A stretch of 26,025 nucleotides of DNA from a virus (taxonomy: Duplodnaviria > Caudoviricetes): positions 1 to 26,025 of IMG/VR virus record IMGVR_UViG_3300017651_000007; one strand, 5' to 3'. Under the pieces are notes generated by a model. That model had not been told where the DNA came from and made no database searches. It saw only the letters and a program-made list of their open reading frames with translations. Positions 23,957 to 26,025 of this stretch are shown one piece after another (the first letter of the stretch is position 1; each line of letters starts with the position of its first letter). The translations under genes were made by a program, and so were the position numbers.

Positions 23957-24018
23957 AGCAAGTCTCCTGTGTCAGGTTACCTACATTGCATGGCGCTCCT
24001 TTCGTCTGTGACCGACAG

Positions 24019-24106
24019 CGGAGAGACAGGGATTCGAACCCTGGGAGCCCTCATCGAGCCCACACGCGTTCCAGGCGTGCCCGTTCAACCACTCCGGCAC
24101 CTCTCC
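24019..24106 (-). tRNA. tRNA-Ser(GGA)
   Basis: Long variable arm; loop CT-GGA-AC; G73. Confidence 0.92.
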
Positions 24107-24193
24107 GAGCTAGCGTGGCGACTACCTACCTCTTGGACTAGAGGCGCAGGAGTTTGAGGCTTCGCCGCCTGCTTGCGTCTTGACCACGCTAAG

Positions 24194-24277
24194 CGGAGGC
24201 AGAGGGAATCGAACCCCCGACGCCGTTAGGCGCAGCCGGGTTCAAACCGGTGTCCTCGTCCATGCCGGACTACCTCC
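24194..24277 (-). tRNA. tRNA-Ser(TGA)
   Basis: Variable arm; loop TT-TGA-AC; G73. Confidence 0.88.
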
Positions 24278-24280
24278 GTA

Positions 24281-24352
24281 AGGCCCGAGCCGGAATCGAA
24301 CCGGCGTAAACCGCTTTGCAGGCGGTTGGCTAAGCCATTCACCCATCGGGCC
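24281..24352 (-). tRNA. tRNA-Cys(GCA)
   Basis: GGCCCGA/TCGGGCC; loop CT-GCA-AA; U73. Confidence 0.92.
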
Positions 24353-24355
24353 GGG

Positions 24356-24614
24356 TGCGAGACGAGGGATTCCACCCTCAACCCCTGAGTAGCGCGCGGG
24401 CGCACTTTCGGTCTGAAATGTCCGCCGCTACTCCTGAGAACCGTCCTCAAGCCGCTAAGCCGCACACGCTGGCTCCAGGCCGCTAAGCCCTTCGCCCATC
24501 CCTCGGCGCCCAGGTTGCTAACCCTGCCTCGGGACTTCTGGCTGTGCCGGGGTCCAGGACACCCGTTGGACGTGCGTTAGAGGCTTGCGCTACCTCTTAT
24601 TCCGCCAGTCTCAT
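24356..24614 (-). ncRNA. Candidate 259-nt tRNA-mimic RNA with a giant variable-region insertion
   Basis: Acceptor-like ATGAGAC/GTCTCGC-A, Leu-type D-arm TG-GCG-GAAT...AA-CGC, T-arm-like GAGGG-TGGAAT-CCCTC, and many internal hairpins. Confidence 0.6.
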
Positions 24615-24639
24615 AGGGACGATGGCCGTCGTCCCCAAG

Positions 24640-24712
24640 CTCCCCCGGTAGGATTCGAACCTACGACCTGTCGGTTAACAGCCGACCGCTCTGCGCACTG
24701 AGCTACAGGGGA
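24640..24712 (-). tRNA. tRNA-Asn(GTT)
   Basis: TCCCCTG/CGGGGGA; loop CT-GTT-AA; G73. Confidence 0.92.
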
Positions 24713-24788
24713 ATATGTGACGGCCCGTATCGTCGGCCGTCGCGCTGTATCCAGACGCCCCAGGTATATAGCTCTGAGGAACCGCTAG

Positions 24789-24863
24789 TGCCGCCCCAGG
24801 GATTCGAACCCTGAACCTCCCGATTAAGAGTCGGGTACTCTAATCCAATTGAGTTAGAGCGGC
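24789..24863 (-). tRNA. tRNA-Lys(CTT)
   Basis: GCCGCTC/GGGCGGC; loop CT-CTT-AA. Confidence 0.92.
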
Positions 24864-24869
24864 AGGATA

Positions 24870-25003
24870 ATCGCCCTTAGCGGGAACGAGAATCGGGCGA
24901 TCGGGTGGTCGGAGTCTTCTCGTTGGACCTAATGGCGCCTCAAGTCGAGAGCCCGCGACATCCTTGTCGTGAGGAGCTACCTCACGGTGGAGGACCAGTC
25001 CAC
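24870..25003 (-). ncRNA. Candidate pseudoknotted spacer RNA
   Basis: Three tandem hairpins, then a GCGGG/CCCGC domain whose internal hairpin loop (ATCGCCC) matches the 3' tail (GGGCGAT). Confidence 0.5.
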
Positions 25004-25006
25004 TAG

Positions 25007-25103
25007 CGGAAGGAGTGGGATTCGAACCCACGGACCAGCGGTCATTTAGCCGCCGACCTCTCGGTTAGCAACCGAGCGCATTCAGCCTCTCTGCCATCCT
25101 TCC
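25007..25103 (-). tRNA. tRNA-Ser(GCT)
   Basis: 97 nt with an extra-long variable arm; loop TT-GCT-AA. Confidence 0.92.
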
Positions 25104-25105
25104 AG

Positions 25106-25177
25106 CGCCCCCGGGAGGAATCGAACCTCCATCTCCCGCTTAGGAGGCGGATGCTCTATCCATTGAGCTACGAGGGC
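25106..25177 (-). tRNA. tRNA-Arg(CCT)
   Basis: GCCCTCG/CGGGGGC; loop CT-CCT-AA. Confidence 0.92.
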
Positions 25178-25268
25178 AAGCGGGGACTTTCACCCCGAAT
25201 CGGTGGCGTTCACCCGTACGGCCGCCTCTTGGCGATCCTCCGGCTCCCCATCGGGAGCGATGTAGTAG

Positions 25269-25706
25269 TGGAGGTGGCGGGAATCGAACCCGCGTCTTCC
25301 GTGCGCCTATCCAGGCAGTTCTCTAGCAGCTTGCCTCGTAAGGCCGAGGGCGCCCACCCCTTGTTACGAAGGGTGATTCCGGGCCGTCTTTCCAGCCTGT
25401 CTTGCACAACTAAGGGGACGGACAAGCTCCGAAACGCCTGTCGTCTTTCCACCACCCGAGTTCTGCGTCGTTCCCAGGAGGCACTCGGGAGCGCCGGGTT
25501 CGACCACGTATTCTGTTGCCCCGTTACGTGAGACGGCGCGCAGGATTACTAAGCCAGCGCGAGGTCGCGAGAAGCCGCCTCAGCAAGAATTGCCTCGGCC
25601 TCCGCGACGGGATCATACGTGCCAGTTATTGGCTTTGCCAGGTCAGGTGTGGCGACCGCTGCACTGCTCGGGACCGCTTCTCACAGAATCGAAGCCGGAC
25701 ACCCCC
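25269..25706 (-). ncRNA. ssrA: tmRNA
   Basis: 5' GGGGGTGTCCGGCTTCGA; 3' GACGCGGGTTCGATTCCCGCCACCTCCA; G3:U70; resume context ATAACT-GGC; tag frame ends LALA-TAG-TAA. Confidence 0.93.
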
Positions 25707-25824
25707 ATGTGAGGCAGCTACATCCCCGGCGAGGGGACCGCTTACCTCGTTTGATAGGGCTAGACCACGCGCTTCCCACCCCGGTTGGTTACGGGCCAAA
25801 GCCTTGTCCGTCTGCCTATCAAAG

Positions 25825-25898
25825 TGCGCCTTGAGGGAGTCGAGCCCCCGACCTCTCGCATGTCACGCGAGCGCTCTAACCACCTGAGCTAAAGGCGC
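25825..25898 (-). tRNA. tRNA-Val(GAC)
   Basis: GCGCCTT/AAGGCGC; loop GT-GAC-AT; variant T-loop CTCGACT. Confidence 0.9.
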
Positions 25899-25907
25899 AA
25901 GATTTGA

Positions 25908-25990
25908 ACCGCCCGGACCTCGTTCGTCTAGTGGTCCGAATTGGCGAGTCGCTGCCACGACTCTTTACGCCTCTGGCAGGAGGCGGCGAT
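25908..25990 (-). ncRNA. Candidate kissing-loop RNA
   Basis: Two 6-bp hairpins with exactly complementary 6-nt loops (CTGCCA and TGGCAG), a third hairpin, and a closing stem. Confidence 0.6.
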
Positions 25991-25994
25991 GCAG

Positions 25995-26025
25995 TGGGCG
26001 TCGAGGGGCTCGAACCCCCGACCTC
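25995..26025 (-). tRNA. 3' part of a tRNA (identity outside the window)
   Basis: GAGGTC-GGGGG-TTCGAGC-CCCTC-GACGCCC-A. Confidence 0.85.

Noticed and set aside
25007-25103. 97-nt tRNA as a possible tRNA-Sec or suppressor
   Set aside because: Anticodon is GCT with a 7-bp acceptor stem; this is an ordinary Ser with a long variable arm.
23244-25767. Shared 11-mer TGGTCTAGCCC in two spacers (23244-54 and 25757-67)
   Set aside because: About one such match is expected by chance in a few kb, and the structural contexts differ.
18166-25994. HDV-like theta ribozymes at tRNA 3' ends
   Set aside because: I could not fit the nested double pseudoknot (P1, P1.1, P2, P3) to any trailer by eye. A motif search would be needed to exclude this fully.
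1-26025. Stop-codon reassignment
   Set aside because: Genes are intact in the standard code; TAG, TGA and TAA all end tightly packed genes; no suppressor anticodon is seen.
16467-26025. Recurrent TTCGAA-containing motif spaced like an array
   Set aside because: These are tRNA T-loops, not CRISPR repeats.

Overview
A high-GC segment of a large tailed phage, probably infecting an actinobacterium. Every credible gene is on the minus strand. The left part (1-16.4 kb) is a virion and DNA-packaging module: terminase large subunit, portal, head-associated and tail-fibre-like proteins, an HTH-metallophosphoesterase and a phage Dam-type methyltransferase. The right part (16.4-26 kb) is an RNA-gene island with 26 complete tRNAs, 1 partial tRNA and a tmRNA. 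Inserted in it are a CHAP endolysin, an HNH-like protein and an NAD+ salvage pair (NAMPT plus NMNAT-Nudix). The strongest unexpected signal is a compact (~288 nt) RNase P RNA at 17657-17944. By eye it has an intact type-A catalytic domain (P1-P7, P15/P16, CR-I/IV/V) and a much-reduced specificity domain. Most inter-tRNA spacers are self-contained structured RNAs that start at one tRNA 3' end and finish a few nt before the next 5' end. They include a 259-nt tRNA-mimic, a 213-nt pseudoknotted RNA and kissing-loop elements. No tRNA encodes CCA; instead 20 of 21 genes with a purine discriminator continue with CT. Together these suggest a phage-encoded, tRNA-punctuated ncRNA processing system. All folds and family calls were made by eye; no searches were run.
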